In this document: in pieces, positions 19,659 to 29,620 of the stretch
Numbering within the stretch: position 1 is the stretch's first letter
How the letters are laid out: each line of letters starts with the position of its first letter
Sequence record: MG592671.1
Length of the DNA stretch: 64,000 nt
Reading direction: 5' to 3' (one strand)
The notes under the pieces: generated by a model
Databases searched by the model: none
The model's input: the letters and a program-made list of their open reading frames with translations, nothing else
Told to the model about the DNA's origin: nothing
Translations under genes and position numbers: made by a program

Positions 19659-20310
19659 ATGAAAATAAAACAGGTAAACGATATGAGTAATAAAGGAGTT
19701 GATCCGACACGAAGGGGTCCTATGGATTTCTTTATGTCGGATCCGTGAATAATGTCCACATTTTTGGCACAAGAATGTAATTACATATTGCAATCGTCCT
19801 TTTTCAGATGTGGATAGTATGAACACTGCATTATCTCACCAATGGAATCAAACAGTTGGGGAAAATGATACTGTTTATATTCTCGGTGATTGGTGTTTTT
19901 ACGGCCCTAATAATGTGCAAAAAGTTGCAGACCATATGAACTCTCTTAATGGAATGAAGAAGTTTGTATTTGGTAACCATGACCACAAAGGCATGATTCG
20001 TAAGCTAGTCAAGGATGGACTAGTCCCTAAATTGGAGATTTTAGGCGATCGAGCAGAGATAAAAAGCTTCGATTCTAAGGGCAACAAATACGATATTACC
20101 CTTTGTCATTACGCACACAGAACTTGGAATAAGAGTCATTATGGCTCGATGATGTTGTATGGCCACTCGCACGGAACTCTTCCAGGATTAGGGAGATCTA
20201 TGGATGTTGGTGTTGATGTAAAGCATAGACTTTACGGTGATTGGGCTCCTTTTAGTATAGACCAAATTATCGATCAAATTGGCAATATTCCAATACATAA
20301 TCCAGTGTAA
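19659..20310 (+). CDS. Calcineurin-like metallophosphoesterase split by a 13-nt coding gap
   Basis: 5' frame ends ...FFMSDP-stop (19748); the +1 frame resumes (P)HFWHKN... then ILGD, GNHD, CHY, YGHSH. Confidence 0.7.
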
Positions 20311-20448
20311 ATCTATAGAACACAATTTTAGAAATTACAATGGCACTACTAAATTTATTATACTGGGTGATATTACTAATATCACCCTTTCTTGTATCAG
20401 GGATGTTAATCATGCTTTGTTTGATCTGAGCATGATATAGGAGGAAAG

Positions 20449-21591
20449 ATGGCAACAGGTAATTACATACCAGAAAAATTTTATGTTGGTAGGCAATCGC
20501 GTGGACAAAATTCAATTGTAGGATTCATGACACCTATAACGAAAGACTCAGCGTTTAGCGGGCGTAAGGCAACAGTTAACAAGTGGTCTGACGATAATCT
20601 ACCTAAACTTGAAATCGAAAACAAATCTCAGAAAGGGTTCCGTGTCGTAGATAATGTTTCTCGACATAGTACATCAAATGTATTATGGAGAGTACTACAC
20701 CCACGTGGCTTTGAGATTGAAATTTCAAGTGGAAACTTCATGCACCTAATTCAAGAATGTAAAATTGATGAAGGTGAATTTGAAAACTCATTATTGTTTG
20801 TACGTTGCGGAAAAGAAAACTACTTAACATTTGAGGGATCGTCAGTTCACGCAGAAGCTCATGCAGTTGCAGATATTGATAATAAAGTACCAATAAAAAA
20901 CGTTCAAATTGGTGATTCTATTTTACTCAAAGATGGCACTGACGCTATCTATTACGGGAGCGCTCATTTTGTAACGGTTAGTCCGTATCGAACTAATGAA
21001 CTTGGCAACTCTGCAAGACGTCACGTATATAAAGTGACTCGTTCTGATGGTAGCATTTCTTATGTAGCTCGTAGTTCCCTTCATATCTCTAAGGTACAGA
21101 ACAAAGTTCAAACTCCTATTGATAAGCAAGTTGCGTTTGATCACTTGGAAGATATTTTCAAGAATCCTGTAAAGAATGTATCGTTTGATATGTACGATTA
21201 CAATGACATTGTTGGTATATTCCAAAAGCCACTCAAAGAATTGGATATGGTATACAAAACTCGTACTATCACCAAAGCAGAATATAAGTCTGCTATTGCT
21301 CGTAGAAGTGGTGAATGGCGTTATGTTATGATGGTAGGATCAGATCGCTATAGAAAGTATAGTGGTCGTCGTTATCACTATAGCCAATCAAAGCGCCCAG
21401 TTAGCACAGCAACGTCTATTGAGTGCGTAAAGATTCTTGGTGACGGCAACACAACTCCTTGGCGTATCGAAGAAGAGACAGTAACCAATTCTGGTACTTG
21501 GCACACTCATACATACAATGAAGAAGTTGAGTATCAAATTGAGCCTACTGATGTAACATCGTATGAAGTTATTGAAATAGAGCGCAAGTAA
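20449..21591 (+). CDS. hypothetical protein
   Basis: 380-aa ORF; SD AGGAGG. Confidence 0.8.
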   Translation: MATGNYIPEKFYVGRQSRGQNSIVGFMTPITKDSAFSGRKATVNKWSDDNLPKLEIENKSQKGFRVVDNVSRHSTSNVLWRVLHPRGFEIEISSGNFMHLIQECKIDEGEFENSLLFVRCGKENYLTFEGSSVHAEAHAVADIDNKVPIKNVQIGDSILLKDGTDAIYYGSAHFVTVSPYRTNELGNSARRHVYKVTRSDGSISYVARSSLHISKVQNKVQTPIDKQVAFDHLEDIFKNPVKNVSFDMYDYNDIVGIFQKPLKELDMVYKTRTITKAEYKSAIARRSGEWRYVMMVGSDRYRKYSGRRYHYSQSKRPVSTATSIECVKILGDGNTTPWRIEEETVTNSGTWHTHTYNEEVEYQIEPTDVTSYEVIEIERK

Positions 21592-21625
21592 CACCGTCGC
21601 TTATAATGTTACAATATTATAAGCG
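21588..21625 (+). promoter_or_regulatory. Promoter variant inside a 10-bp inverted repeat
   Basis: CGCTTATAAT / ATTATAAGCG around TGTTACAAT; GTAACA upstream. Confidence 0.55.
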
Positions 21626-21651
21626 CATTAATTAATCTCAAGGAGGAGCTA

Positions 21652-22464
21652 ATGAATTTACAAGAATATTGCAAAAAGAACAAACTCTTTATGCCAGGCG
21701 ACCAAATACGTGCTAAAACATTTGGAGATATTCGTGCAAATTTAAGTGTAGCTGGTTATGAGCTTGACATAGAGTATGATTATACTGGTAACAGAGTTGA
21801 ATCTTGTCTAGCAACTCATAGTAAATTTAAAGATATTAATATCACAATAAACGATAGTCGAAAATTACGCGATTGGTCAACCATTTCAAACACAACTGGT
21901 GAACTTAGTGAAATGCGTTTTTTTACACGAATTGGTAGCTATAAACGAACAATTCGACTCCCTATTTCATGCTATGATATACAGTTTCACGAAAAGTACA
22001 CGCCAGAACAGCGCTTAAAAAAATATAACATCTGTGTTACGGAGTTAACGCAAGAATTACAAAACACAACTAAACCTCAAGAAAAAACACAGCAAAAGGA
22101 ATCTGCTATGAATTTGAATTTTAATGCCCAAGATATCTTAGACCAAAATAAAGAAGCTGCCATGACTGCCGCAAAGATTGAAGTTGGAGAAGCTGCGGTC
22201 GCGCAACTTGTAAAGTTAGTAAAACCTAAACTGCCAATGATGGCTCGCGGATATGCAGATCTTCCAATGTTTGATATTTTAGTTGCAAACCTTGTAGTTA
22301 TGGCTATTCGACAGTACGCTCCACAAAATGAAAAGGCCTTGGTAGTTGCAGATGCAATGCTGTTGTCTGCAATGCAAAAACAAATGAAAGAATTTAATAT
22401 CCCTGGTATGATCGACGAGTTTGTATCTAAAGTTGATGTATCAGCAATTACGAAAGGTGACTAA
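21652..22464 (+). CDS. hypothetical protein with likely internal start at 22108
   Basis: SD AAGGAGG; second SD AAGGA before in-frame ATG22108. Confidence 0.75.
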   Translation: MNLQEYCKKNKLFMPGDQIRAKTFGDIRANLSVAGYELDIEYDYTGNRVESCLATHSKFKDINITINDSRKLRDWSTISNTTGELSEMRFFTRIGSYKRTIRLPISCYDIQFHEKYTPEQRLKKYNICVTELTQELQNTTKPQEKTQQKESAMNLNFNAQDILDQNKEAAMTAAKIEVGEAAVAQLVKLVKPKLPMMARGYADLPMFDILVANLVVMAIRQYAPQNEKALVVADAMLLSAMQKQMKEFNIPGMIDEFVSKVDVSAITKGD

Positions 22465-22559
22465 TGTCAGGATTAATATGTTTCGTATTAGGAATCTTTA
22501 TTGGGTGGGTTTGTGGTTGGGCACTACGAGCTACCCCTATAGACGACTTAGAAAAATAA
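22464..22559 (+). CDS. 31-aa membrane microprotein
   Basis: MSGLICFVLGIFIGWVCGWALRATPIDDLEK; TAATG coupling. Confidence 0.55.
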   Translation: MSGLICFVLGIFIGWVCGWALRATPIDDLEK

Positions 22560-22575
22560 ACTATAAGGGAATTTT

Positions 22576-23370
22576 ATGAAATTTAGAATTTTAAGTGATC
22601 TACATACGGAATTTAGTAGGTACGAAGTTCCCACACGGCAAGGTGATTTAGAAACAGTATTGATACTTGCTGGAGATATTGGCATGTTTAAAAGAAAATC
22701 AGCATATGCTGATTTTCTAGAGGATTGTTCTGTTAAATTTAAGCATGTGGTAGTTGTTCCTGGAAATCACGAATATTATAAAACTAATATTGGTCGTGGA
22801 TCCTTTCATGTTCGGGAATTAATTGAAGGCATTACAAATATCAGTATCTTAGAAAAAGAAACTGTTATTGTAGATGATGTTGCTATTATTGGTGCTACCC
22901 TATGGACTGATTTTGGTAGAGACGAATTAGTCCGTTTTAAAGCCCAAGAAGTAATGAACGACTACAGACAAATCCGTTATGGTCCAGAAGCTGTTCCTTG
23001 GCAGAAGAAATTACATACTAATGACACTTTAGCTATGCACTTCGAGCACAAGAAGTTTATCTTTAGTGAGGTCCAGAAGCATAAAAACGATGGTTTAAAA
23101 ACTGTCGTTATCTCTCATCACGGGCCATCCACAAAATCAATTGATACTGATTATATTGGTGACGAGCTGAACTACGCATATATCTCAGATCAGTCTGAAG
23201 ATATATTTGATTATGCTCCTAACTTATGGATTCATGGACATGTTCATCAAAATTTCGATTACGAAATAGGTGATACAAGAGTAGTTTGTAATCCGCGCGG
23301 ATACCCTAATCGCATCGGTGGTGGTTTTGAGAATCCTAATTTTGATGACTTCTTTAGTGTGGAAATCTAA
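22576..23370 (+). CDS. Metallophosphoesterase
   Basis: SDLH, AGD, PGNHE, SHH, HGHVH. Confidence 0.9.
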   Translation: MKFRILSDLHTEFSRYEVPTRQGDLETVLILAGDIGMFKRKSAYADFLEDCSVKFKHVVVVPGNHEYYKTNIGRGSFHVRELIEGITNISILEKETVIVDDVAIIGATLWTDFGRDELVRFKAQEVMNDYRQIRYGPEAVPWQKKLHTNDTLAMHFEHKKFIFSEVQKHKNDGLKTVVISHHGPSTKSIDTDYIGDELNYAYISDQSEDIFDYAPNLWIHGHVHQNFDYEIGDTRVVCNPRGYPNRIGGGFENPNFDDFFSVEI

Positions 23371-23735
23371 TGGTACTTTATATCTGGAATGATTTTAAAA
23401 ATGATGGTAAACTTACATATACATTCAAGCCAAGTAGTAAGCTGAAATATAAACAACTTATGATGGCTGACCGTTCAATGCTGTTCAAATCTAATGTCAT
23501 TATTTCTAGTGATGATACAGGATTTCGTATTCTAAAATCCAGATATCAAGACGATAAAGGAACAGTGTCTAGTAGAGGAATTATTGTCCCGTTTCCTGAT
23601 CAAGAATTAGTATCATACAGCAAGCCTTTGACTCCTAAAATGTTAGAGGCTTTGTTTTGGATTGGTGAAGAAGGCGCGTACGATTTTATGCGTCATATAA
23701 GTAAGAACTACAACGATATTGTTACAGCTCTGTAA
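23370..23735 (+). CDS. hypothetical protein
   Basis: TAATG coupling. Confidence 0.7.
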   Translation: MVLYIWNDFKNDGKLTYTFKPSSKLKYKQLMMADRSMLFKSNVIISSDDTGFRILKSRYQDDKGTVSSRGIIVPFPDQELVSYSKPLTPKMLEALFWIGEEGAYDFMRHISKNYNDIVTAL

Positions 23736-23749
23736 AATTGTGTTATAAT
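23720..23749 (+). promoter_or_regulatory. Phage promoter
   Basis: TGTTACA-N14-TGTTATAAT. Confidence 0.75.
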
Positions 23750-23784
23750 AACAAGTAAGTAAAATAATTTAGGAACATAAAAAT

Positions 23785-24486
23785 ATGTCTAGCTTTTTTC
23801 CGATGGTAGTAGAGTCAACAAATTCCGGTGAACGTGTAATGAGCATTGATTCGTGTCTTTTGAAAGAACGAATTATTGTTATTGATGGTGGTGTTGATCC
23901 TCAGCTTTCAAAGCTTGTCAATTCACAGTTGCTTTATTTAGATAGTATTAGCAACGAGGATATCAAAATCCATCTCAAGTCTCCAGGTGGATGCGTCCAC
24001 TCCGGTATGTCTATCCAAGATACTATGGATATGTGTCGATCTGATATTGTTATTATTGGCTCTGGTGAGCTATGCTCAATGGGTTGCTACCTATTATCAA
24101 TGGGCACGCCAGGAAAGCGTTTTGTTACTAAACGAGCTCAGATCATGGCCCACCAAGTATCTAGTGGAACTAGTGGCCACATTGAGGATCAGAGAGCTTC
24201 ATTCAATCATACAGACAAGCTTAATGATCTCTTAGGTAAAGAAATTGCAAACGCCGCTGGGATGTCACATAGTCAATATCTCAAGTATGTAGATCGTGAT
24301 TTCTGGGCATCTGCTGAAGAAGCAGTATTGTTCGGCAAGACTGGGTTTGCTGATGGAGTGATTACTGGTGAGCGTTCAGATGACGGTGAACTACTTATCA
24401 AACGTCGTAGTGACCTAGAAGCTCCAGTTAAAAAGAAACCTAGAGCTAAAAAAGTACCAGCTAAAAAGAAAGATACAACGGAGTAA
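23785..24486 (+). CDS. clpP: ClpP protease proteolytic subunit
   Basis: LLKERII, LKSPGG, LCSMG, IMAHQ, DRDF. Confidence 0.92.
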   Translation: MSSFFPMVVESTNSGERVMSIDSCLLKERIIVIDGGVDPQLSKLVNSQLLYLDSISNEDIKIHLKSPGGCVHSGMSIQDTMDMCRSDIVIIGSGELCSMGCYLLSMGTPGKRFVTKRAQIMAHQVSSGTSGHIEDQRASFNHTDKLNDLLGKEIANAAGMSHSQYLKYVDRDFWASAEEAVLFGKTGFADGVITGERSDDGELLIKRRSDLEAPVKKKPRAKKVPAKKKDTTE

Positions 24487-24489
24487 ACA

Positions 24490-24813
24490 ATGGCAAAGAA
24501 AGGACTCAAGTATAAATTAGTTAGGGATAATATTCCTAACATTATTATGGAAGATGGTAAAACTCCTATCACTAAGGAGCTTCAAACAGATAAGCAGAAA
24601 CGAGACGCTTTATTTAAGAAGCTCCAAGAAGAGTCTATAGAGTTGAAAAATGCTCCTCCTAAGGAACGCGCGGAAGAAATGGCAGATATCCTCGAAGTCC
24701 TCGGAGCAATAATGTTGCACGATAATATTGATTCTGATGAAGTTTTTGATATCCGTGAGAATAAAGCCAAAGAAAAAGGCGCTTTTGTTAAATTCATATC
24801 TCTTGGTAAATAA
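24490..24813 (+). CDS. MazG/PRA-PH-like nucleotide pyrophosphohydrolase
   Basis: KLVRDNIP, KLQEE..E, EEMADILE. Confidence 0.8.
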   Translation: MAKKGLKYKLVRDNIPNIIMEDGKTPITKELQTDKQKRDALFKKLQEESIELKNAPPKERAEEMADILEVLGAIMLHDNIDSDEVFDIRENKAKEKGAFVKFISLGK

Positions 24814-24814
24814 A

Positions 24815-25549
24815 ATGAATATCATTATAGATGAAGTAACTCATAAAGAATTACAAAAATATGTTATTGAGACTATAGAGTTTGGTTCTACTATGAAAGG
24901 GACCAGCACAGTCAACTCAGATCATGATTATTTACATATTATATATCCGTCTAGCACTTGGCAAAAATCCCCAGTAAACACTAATCATCTGCTACAATAC
25001 AAGGATGATGGGGCTGACCACATTTATTGTGATCCTGTGAATTTCGTAAAGTGCTTATTAGATGGGGATAGTACAATTTTTCACGAGATGCTTCGCTATA
25101 ATGTACTTAATGATACTTGTATTAGTTTCTTGAACAAGTATAAATTTGAGCATTACAAAACTCTCAGAGCATATTTAGGAATTGCACGCCGAGACCTCAA
25201 AGAGGTATCTAAATTATTCAATAATAACGAAGTAAAGTCTCGTAAAAAGCTAAATTTTGCGATCGAATCTCATAACTACGTTTGTGAGGTTCTAAATGCA
25301 ACTCAACGTCAATACACACTGCCAATGATCAACACAATACATGACTTGCGAGTAGTATTATCAAGTGTTCAAAAAAGCTTAGATATATTACGTAATGATA
25401 TCAATCTTAAATTGCAATCTGGCACTATTTCCAGAACTATATCAAAAGAAGAACTGCATGATATCCAGTCAGAGTTAAATGCATTCAACGTAGCTTTTTA
25501 TAGTTCTGGATTAAGTTTCTTTTACGATAGTCATATATTAGGAAACTAG
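24815..25549 (+). CDS. Pol-beta-type (RlaP-like) nucleotidyltransferase
   Basis: FGSTMKG...SDHDY. Confidence 0.65.
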   Translation: MNIIIDEVTHKELQKYVIETIEFGSTMKGTSTVNSDHDYLHIIYPSSTWQKSPVNTNHLLQYKDDGADHIYCDPVNFVKCLLDGDSTIFHEMLRYNVLNDTCISFLNKYKFEHYKTLRAYLGIARRDLKEVSKLFNNNEVKSRKKLNFAIESHNYVCEVLNATQRQYTLPMINTIHDLRVVLSSVQKSLDILRNDINLKLQSGTISRTISKEELHDIQSELNAFNVAFYSSGLSFFYDSHILGN

Positions 25550-25581
25550 TGTAGTGGTTAATATAAAGTATCATGACATTG

Positions 25582-25590
25582 TGTTATAAT
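25582..25590 (+). promoter_or_regulatory. Phage promoter core
   Basis: TGTTATAAT. Confidence 0.65.
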
Positions 25591-25619
25591 AAGTAAGTAA
25601 ATTATTACGAGGTGCTATA

Positions 25620-26057
25620 ATGGCAACAGACATGTATTCCCAGGGTTACTCGCAATTTAATAAAGAGCCAGTACCTGATTCAACTGTAAAGAGTAATCCA
25701 CCTCAATGGAGAGCTGGATATCGAGCCGCTGAGAAAGCGAGTGAAGCTAGAAACAAAATTGCAATCAAGCCAACAAAGGTAGATCGTGTAAATTATGGCT
25801 CGCTGACCATCACTTGGTCTCTTATCACGTTTATTACATCAACACCTAGATTCCATATTTTCGATAGACAGCCTAAGCTGTATCCTATTTTAGCTGAGAT
25901 CCGAAAATCTATCTATGATGATAGAGATAAGATTAATGGCATAAAAGAATTAGTTAAATGCGCTGATAAAAAATTCGATTCTATTCTCCAATGGGGCTAT
26001 GATGAAGGCATTCTGACTATTTCTGATTGTGAGCTTAGAGGCTACACGCCAAAATAG
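25620..26057 (+). CDS. hypothetical protein
   Basis: SD GAGGT. Confidence 0.7.
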   Translation: MATDMYSQGYSQFNKEPVPDSTVKSNPPQWRAGYRAAEKASEARNKIAIKPTKVDRVNYGSLTITWSLITFITSTPRFHIFDRQPKLYPILAEIRKSIYDDRDKINGIKELVKCADKKFDSILQWGYDEGILTISDCELRGYTPK

Positions 26058-26060
26058 ATA

Positions 26061-26084
26061 GGAAAAGGGGCTTTGCCCCTTTCC
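26061..26084 (+). terminator. Terminator-like hairpin
   Basis: GGAAAAGGGGC-TTT-GCCCCTTTCC. Confidence 0.65.
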
Positions 26085-26124
26085 ATTTATATTAAATAAT
26101 TATATCAAAAAAGGAGATATAATT

Positions 26125-26289
26125 ATGAGAATGCTAACAAACGAACAACTCAACGATCCAGATTTTTTCAATAATGATGAATACAATGCTGAGAAAGAGG
26201 CTTCTTATCAACGGGCATTAGATTTCTACAATAGTTTACGAGCTAATGCTAAAATTCAAAGGATGAAAAATGCACGAAAAGGAAATTAA
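26125..26289 (+). CDS. 54-aa hypothetical protein absent from the ORF track
   Basis: SD AAGGAG; MRMLTNEQLND... Confidence 0.65.
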   Translation: MRMLTNEQLNDPDFFNNDEYNAEKEASYQRALDFYNSLRANAKIQRMKNARKGN

Positions 26290-26716
26290 AGTTTTCATGA
26301 GTGTTTGTGAAGAGTTCGCAACATTATCTCATTGTATTTCTAAGAAAGTGGCAGTTGTTGCAGTAAAAGATAGACGAATAATTGCAACAGGAATTAACGG
26401 AACAATACCTGGGCAAAAGAATTGCGATTGTTGCTACAACGATGGCGACTTCACTAGGGAAGAACATCATGAGTGGTCACTTAAAAATGAAGTGCATGCT
26501 GAAGTAAACATGATTGCATATTGCGCAAAACACGGCATTTCCTTAGAAGGGGCCACTGTGTTTTCAACGTTACAGCCATGTGCAGACTGTTCTAAAGCCT
26601 TAGCAGTTAGCGGAATTTCTAAGGTAATATATAAAGATGAATATGCTTTTACTCCTCCTGAGGCATCAGTAGTATTAAAAAGTGCAAATATTATCGTATC
26701 AAAATTTAAAGAGTGA
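26270..26716 (+). CDS. dCMP deaminase
   Basis: HAEVN, PCADC, ATGING. Confidence 0.92.
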   Translation: MHEKEIKVFMSVCEEFATLSHCISKKVAVVAVKDRRIIATGINGTIPGQKNCDCCYNDGDFTREEHHEWSLKNEVHAEVNMIAYCAKHGISLEGATVFSTLQPCADCSKALAVSGISKVIYKDEYAFTPPEASVVLKSANIIVSKFKE

Positions 26717-26719
26717 TAT

Positions 26720-27109
26720 ATGAAAGAGTTATTATTTGAAGTTTACGGACATTTAATGTCAGACGCATTTAATTTCCTGTGGTGGGAGATTTATGCATAC
26801 TGGGGAACTGTAGTGATGATCTTTGTTGTTGATAACACGCTTCGACATCGATATAATAAGAAACTCAAAATAGAACACGATGCACAAAAGACCGATATGG
26901 ATCATCGCCTAGATGCTGCTAGAGTAGAAATTAATAAGCTTAAACACGAAGTTCAGTGGTATATAATGCGTGATGGTGGAGTTGGATCTGTTATGGATAT
27001 CAAGGATTACCATGTTAAAGTTGCAACTATGTCTTATTCCAAAGGTGATCCGTTGGAACTTAATTACTCATACAAGTTAACAACTAATTTCCCTATTTTA
27101 AAAGGTTAA
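26720..27109 (+). CDS. Membrane-anchored hypothetical protein
   Basis: N-terminal TM plus coiled coil. Confidence 0.65.
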   Translation: MKELLFEVYGHLMSDAFNFLWWEIYAYWGTVVMIFVVDNTLRHRYNKKLKIEHDAQKTDMDHRLDAARVEINKLKHEVQWYIMRDGGVGSVMDIKDYHVKVATMSYSKGDPLELNYSYKLTTNFPILKG

Positions 27110-27113
27110 AATA

Positions 27114-27374
27114 ATGACACTTATATATCTAGTTGCATTTATCCTGTCATTTTTGATATGTATTTTTTCTATATTGACTGTAATTGTTAAACGAGCACAA
27201 TTCACATCATTTTCCATTGAATGGGATTTTCCCAAAAAGAAATATGTTGTATATCGACAGTCATGTGGTGGATTACTGCGTAAAGTGATAGTTGATGATA
27301 ATAGCGTTATGTTCTTCGATACAAAAGAAGAAGCACTAAAATTCATTGAGACAATTAAACCTGTACGAATTTAA
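27114..27374 (+). CDS. Membrane-anchored hypothetical protein
   Basis: N-terminal TM. Confidence 0.65.
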   Translation: MTLIYLVAFILSFLICIFSILTVIVKRAQFTSFSIEWDFPKKKYVVYRQSCGGLLRKVIVDDNSVMFFDTKEEALKFIETIKPVRI

Positions 27375-27376
27375 AT

Positions 27377-27402
27377 AAAAGCCACTCTAGAGTGGCTTTT
27401 TT
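27377..27402 (+). terminator. Rho-independent terminator
   Basis: AAAAGCCACT-CTAG-AGTGGCTTTTTT. Confidence 0.9.
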
Positions 27403-27464
27403 AATGACTACACATTACTAATGGATAAATAATTGCAATTATACTTATTTTTAAGGAGATTATA

Positions 27465-28322
27465 ATGGCTAAATCTGTAGCTGGGGTTAACAAATACCCC
27501 TTCGGAACAACCGGAATACGTATAGCCGCAGCATCAATGACGTCTGACTCTGGAACAGTCGTGTCAATAACTGGCGAGAAATGTATACTTAAACAAGCAT
27601 CATCATCGCAGTATAAAATTATTGCTGATAGCGCTGGAACATATACTATAGATACAGTTACGTTCACAGCAACCACAACAGCCCCTGATGCGGGTGGCGG
27701 AACTATTGCATTTAACATAGACAATATTTCGTTTACAGTGGCATATGATGAAGACACTACTAGTGATGAACTTGCGACAGAGGCTGCAAGAGTTGCCAAT
27801 CTAGCTGGAATAGCAGCAGTAGCATCTAATGACGTCTGTACGTTCACTCATACTGTAATTGGCCCTCAGCCACAAATTACATACACCATTAACGACAATG
27901 ATGATCTTGCTCCGCCAGTTCTCGATGTCACATCAGTTCCTGGCCTTGCTGAAGTGTTCACAGAAGTTGTGCGCCCTAAAAGTATAGGCAAGCAAGAATT
28001 ACTTTTTGATATTATGTCTTATGGTATAGCTCCTGCAGACACAGACAGTGAAGTCGCAACAAAACTATTTGAAACTCCAGGATCTTTTGCTATACGAGTG
28101 TGGAAGCGTGATATTAACGGTGATCCTGTCCAAGCTGGATACATATATGAATTAGGCCAAAAAATAGTATCTATTGCTGTTCCTAGCACTGGTATTGAAA
28201 CAGATCTAACAGATACATATGTTACTGGCTCGTATGAGTTAGTTAGTATGTCTGCTGGTGTTCCAGTAATCCCTGCGGGATCTAAATCTAAGTATTTCAT
28301 AGAAAGTCGTTTAGCCAGCTAA
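27465..28322 (+). CDS. Probable virion structural protein
   Basis: Thr/Ala/Val-rich beta composition; ATAAATA at 27425; SD AAGGAG. Confidence 0.55.
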   Translation: MAKSVAGVNKYPFGTTGIRIAAASMTSDSGTVVSITGEKCILKQASSSQYKIIADSAGTYTIDTVTFTATTTAPDAGGGTIAFNIDNISFTVAYDEDTTSDELATEAARVANLAGIAAVASNDVCTFTHTVIGPQPQITYTINDNDDLAPPVLDVTSVPGLAEVFTEVVRPKSIGKQELLFDIMSYGIAPADTDSEVATKLFETPGSFAIRVWKRDINGDPVQAGYIYELGQKIVSIAVPSTGIETDLTDTYVTGSYELVSMSAGVPVIPAGSKSKYFIESRLAS

Positions 28323-28341
28323 ATATTTGTAATTCCACCTC

Positions 28342-28376
28342 AAAAAAAGAGCTACTTTAAAGTAGCTCTTTTTTTT
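28342..28376. terminator. Bidirectional terminator between convergent genes
   Basis: A7-GAGCTACTTT/AAAGTAGCTC-T8. Confidence 0.9.
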
Positions 28377-28377
28377 G

Positions 28378-29136
28378 TTATCTAATAACAAAATCCGCAT
28401 ATTGGACAACTAGTCCTTCAGTGTTATCCCCTGATACCCTAACATCAATAACATCGCCAGTGCTTAATGACGTTACTGCAAACAATGATTCTGAATTAAC
28501 ATTATTCACTCCACGAGTTGAGAAAATAGTAGGAATCGTGATAGGCGATCCATTCTTAAACACATTAATTCGGTATTCATCAGTGCCACCAGCGCCAGAA
28601 GTACAAACTATTTTTGCATCGATGTATACTGGCGTGCCACTAGCATCAGGACCGGTGTATGTGAGAGATCCGTCAACGCTATTTTGATCAAAATTTCTTA
28701 TAAATGTTGTTGAGAACCCAGTACTAGCACCAGTAACTATTTTTGTATATTCGCTAACATCGCCTGTTGTTGGTGTTAGTGTTGTGTTTTGATCTTCAAC
28801 CCATGCATGTGCGTAGCATACTCGGTGCTCTATGTATGCCCATGCTCCTTGAGATCCGTCAGTAGTATACATGTGGAGCTCATCCGTATCAGTATTAAAT
28901 ACAACTAGACCATCAGATGCTTCAGTTAGGGCATCGCGTTCTAACGTAGTTACGTTAGGGATCACAACACCTCCTGATATGTCTCCTGATTCCCCTAAAA
29001 TAGTTTGCACGCCATCAACAACATTAACCACGCTACCGTTTGGAAAAATATAAAGACCATTCTCTAAATTACTATCATCCAGTCTTTTATTTTTTTCTGC
29101 CACTAATTTTTTGTATAATGATCGATTATTACTCAT
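28378..29136 (-). CDS. Probable fibre/structural protein with a C-terminal beta-sandwich
   Basis: SD AAAGGAG before ATG29136; IPNVTTLERDAL...GLVVFNTD motif; C-terminal LSTGDVIDVRV. Confidence 0.55.
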   Translation of the reverse strand: MSNNRSLYKKLVAEKNKRLDDSNLENGLYIFPNGSVVNVVDGVQTILGESGDISGGVVIPNVTTLERDALTEASDGLVVFNTDTDELHMYTTDGSQGAWAYIEHRVCYAHAWVEDQNTTLTPTTGDVSEYTKIVTGASTGFSTTFIRNFDQNSVDGSLTYTGPDASGTPVYIDAKIVCTSGAGGTDEYRINVFKNGSPITIPTIFSTRGVNNVNSESLFAVTSLSTGDVIDVRVSGDNTEGLVVQYADFVIR

Positions 29137-29191
29137 ATTATCTCCTTTGTGTGCGTATTGCACCAAAGCAAGTACGACTTATAATATCAAC

Positions 29192-29203
29192 TATTTATAA
29201 ATA
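29192..29203. promoter_or_regulatory. Palindromic bidirectional late promoter
   Basis: TATTTATAAATA is its own reverse complement and gives TATAAATA on both strands. Confidence 0.7.
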
Positions 29204-29235
29204 CGATTAATAGAGTTTTATTTAGGGTTTAAACC

Positions 29236-29619
29236 ATGGAAAATGAAAGAGAATCAAAGTTTAGTGAGTGGGCTAAACTGCTAGTGCCGGTTCTACTTCC
29301 AATGCTTATCATGGGATGTATATATCTGTCTAATGTTGTGATGTCACAAGGTACGCAAATTACCAAGTTAAAAACACATATGGATACACGCGCTATTTTG
29401 ATTACAAAATATGAAGCGACGTTTGATCAAATAGGAACAGATTTACAGCGCATTGATTTAAACATTTCGAAGCTAGAGTCTCGAATCACTGTAACTGAGC
29501 AATCACAAGGGAAGATCGTTAGTATTTTAGATGATCTTAACAAAACACTGGAACGTATAAATGTTACAGTTGGTAAGTTAGAAACACGCTTGGATTACAC
29601 AGAAAAATCTGGAGGGTAA
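29236..29619 (+). CDS. Holin-like TM plus coiled-coil protein
   Basis: Single N-terminal TM, long coiled coil, late promoter. Confidence 0.45.
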   Translation: MENERESKFSEWAKLLVPVLLPMLIMGCIYLSNVVMSQGTQITKLKTHMDTRAILITKYEATFDQIGTDLQRIDLNISKLESRITVTEQSQGKIVSILDDLNKTLERINVTVGKLETRLDYTEKSGG

Positions 29620-29620
29620 T

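Noticed and set aside
19746-19748. TGA read-through (Sec/Trp recoding) in the phosphoesterase
   Set aside because: Read-through stays in the wrong frame and does not restore HFWH; all three stops are used normally elsewhere
27401-28687. Antisense ORFs 27401-27847, 28019-28300 and 28421-28687
   Set aside because: Shadows of well-supported genes on the opposite strand
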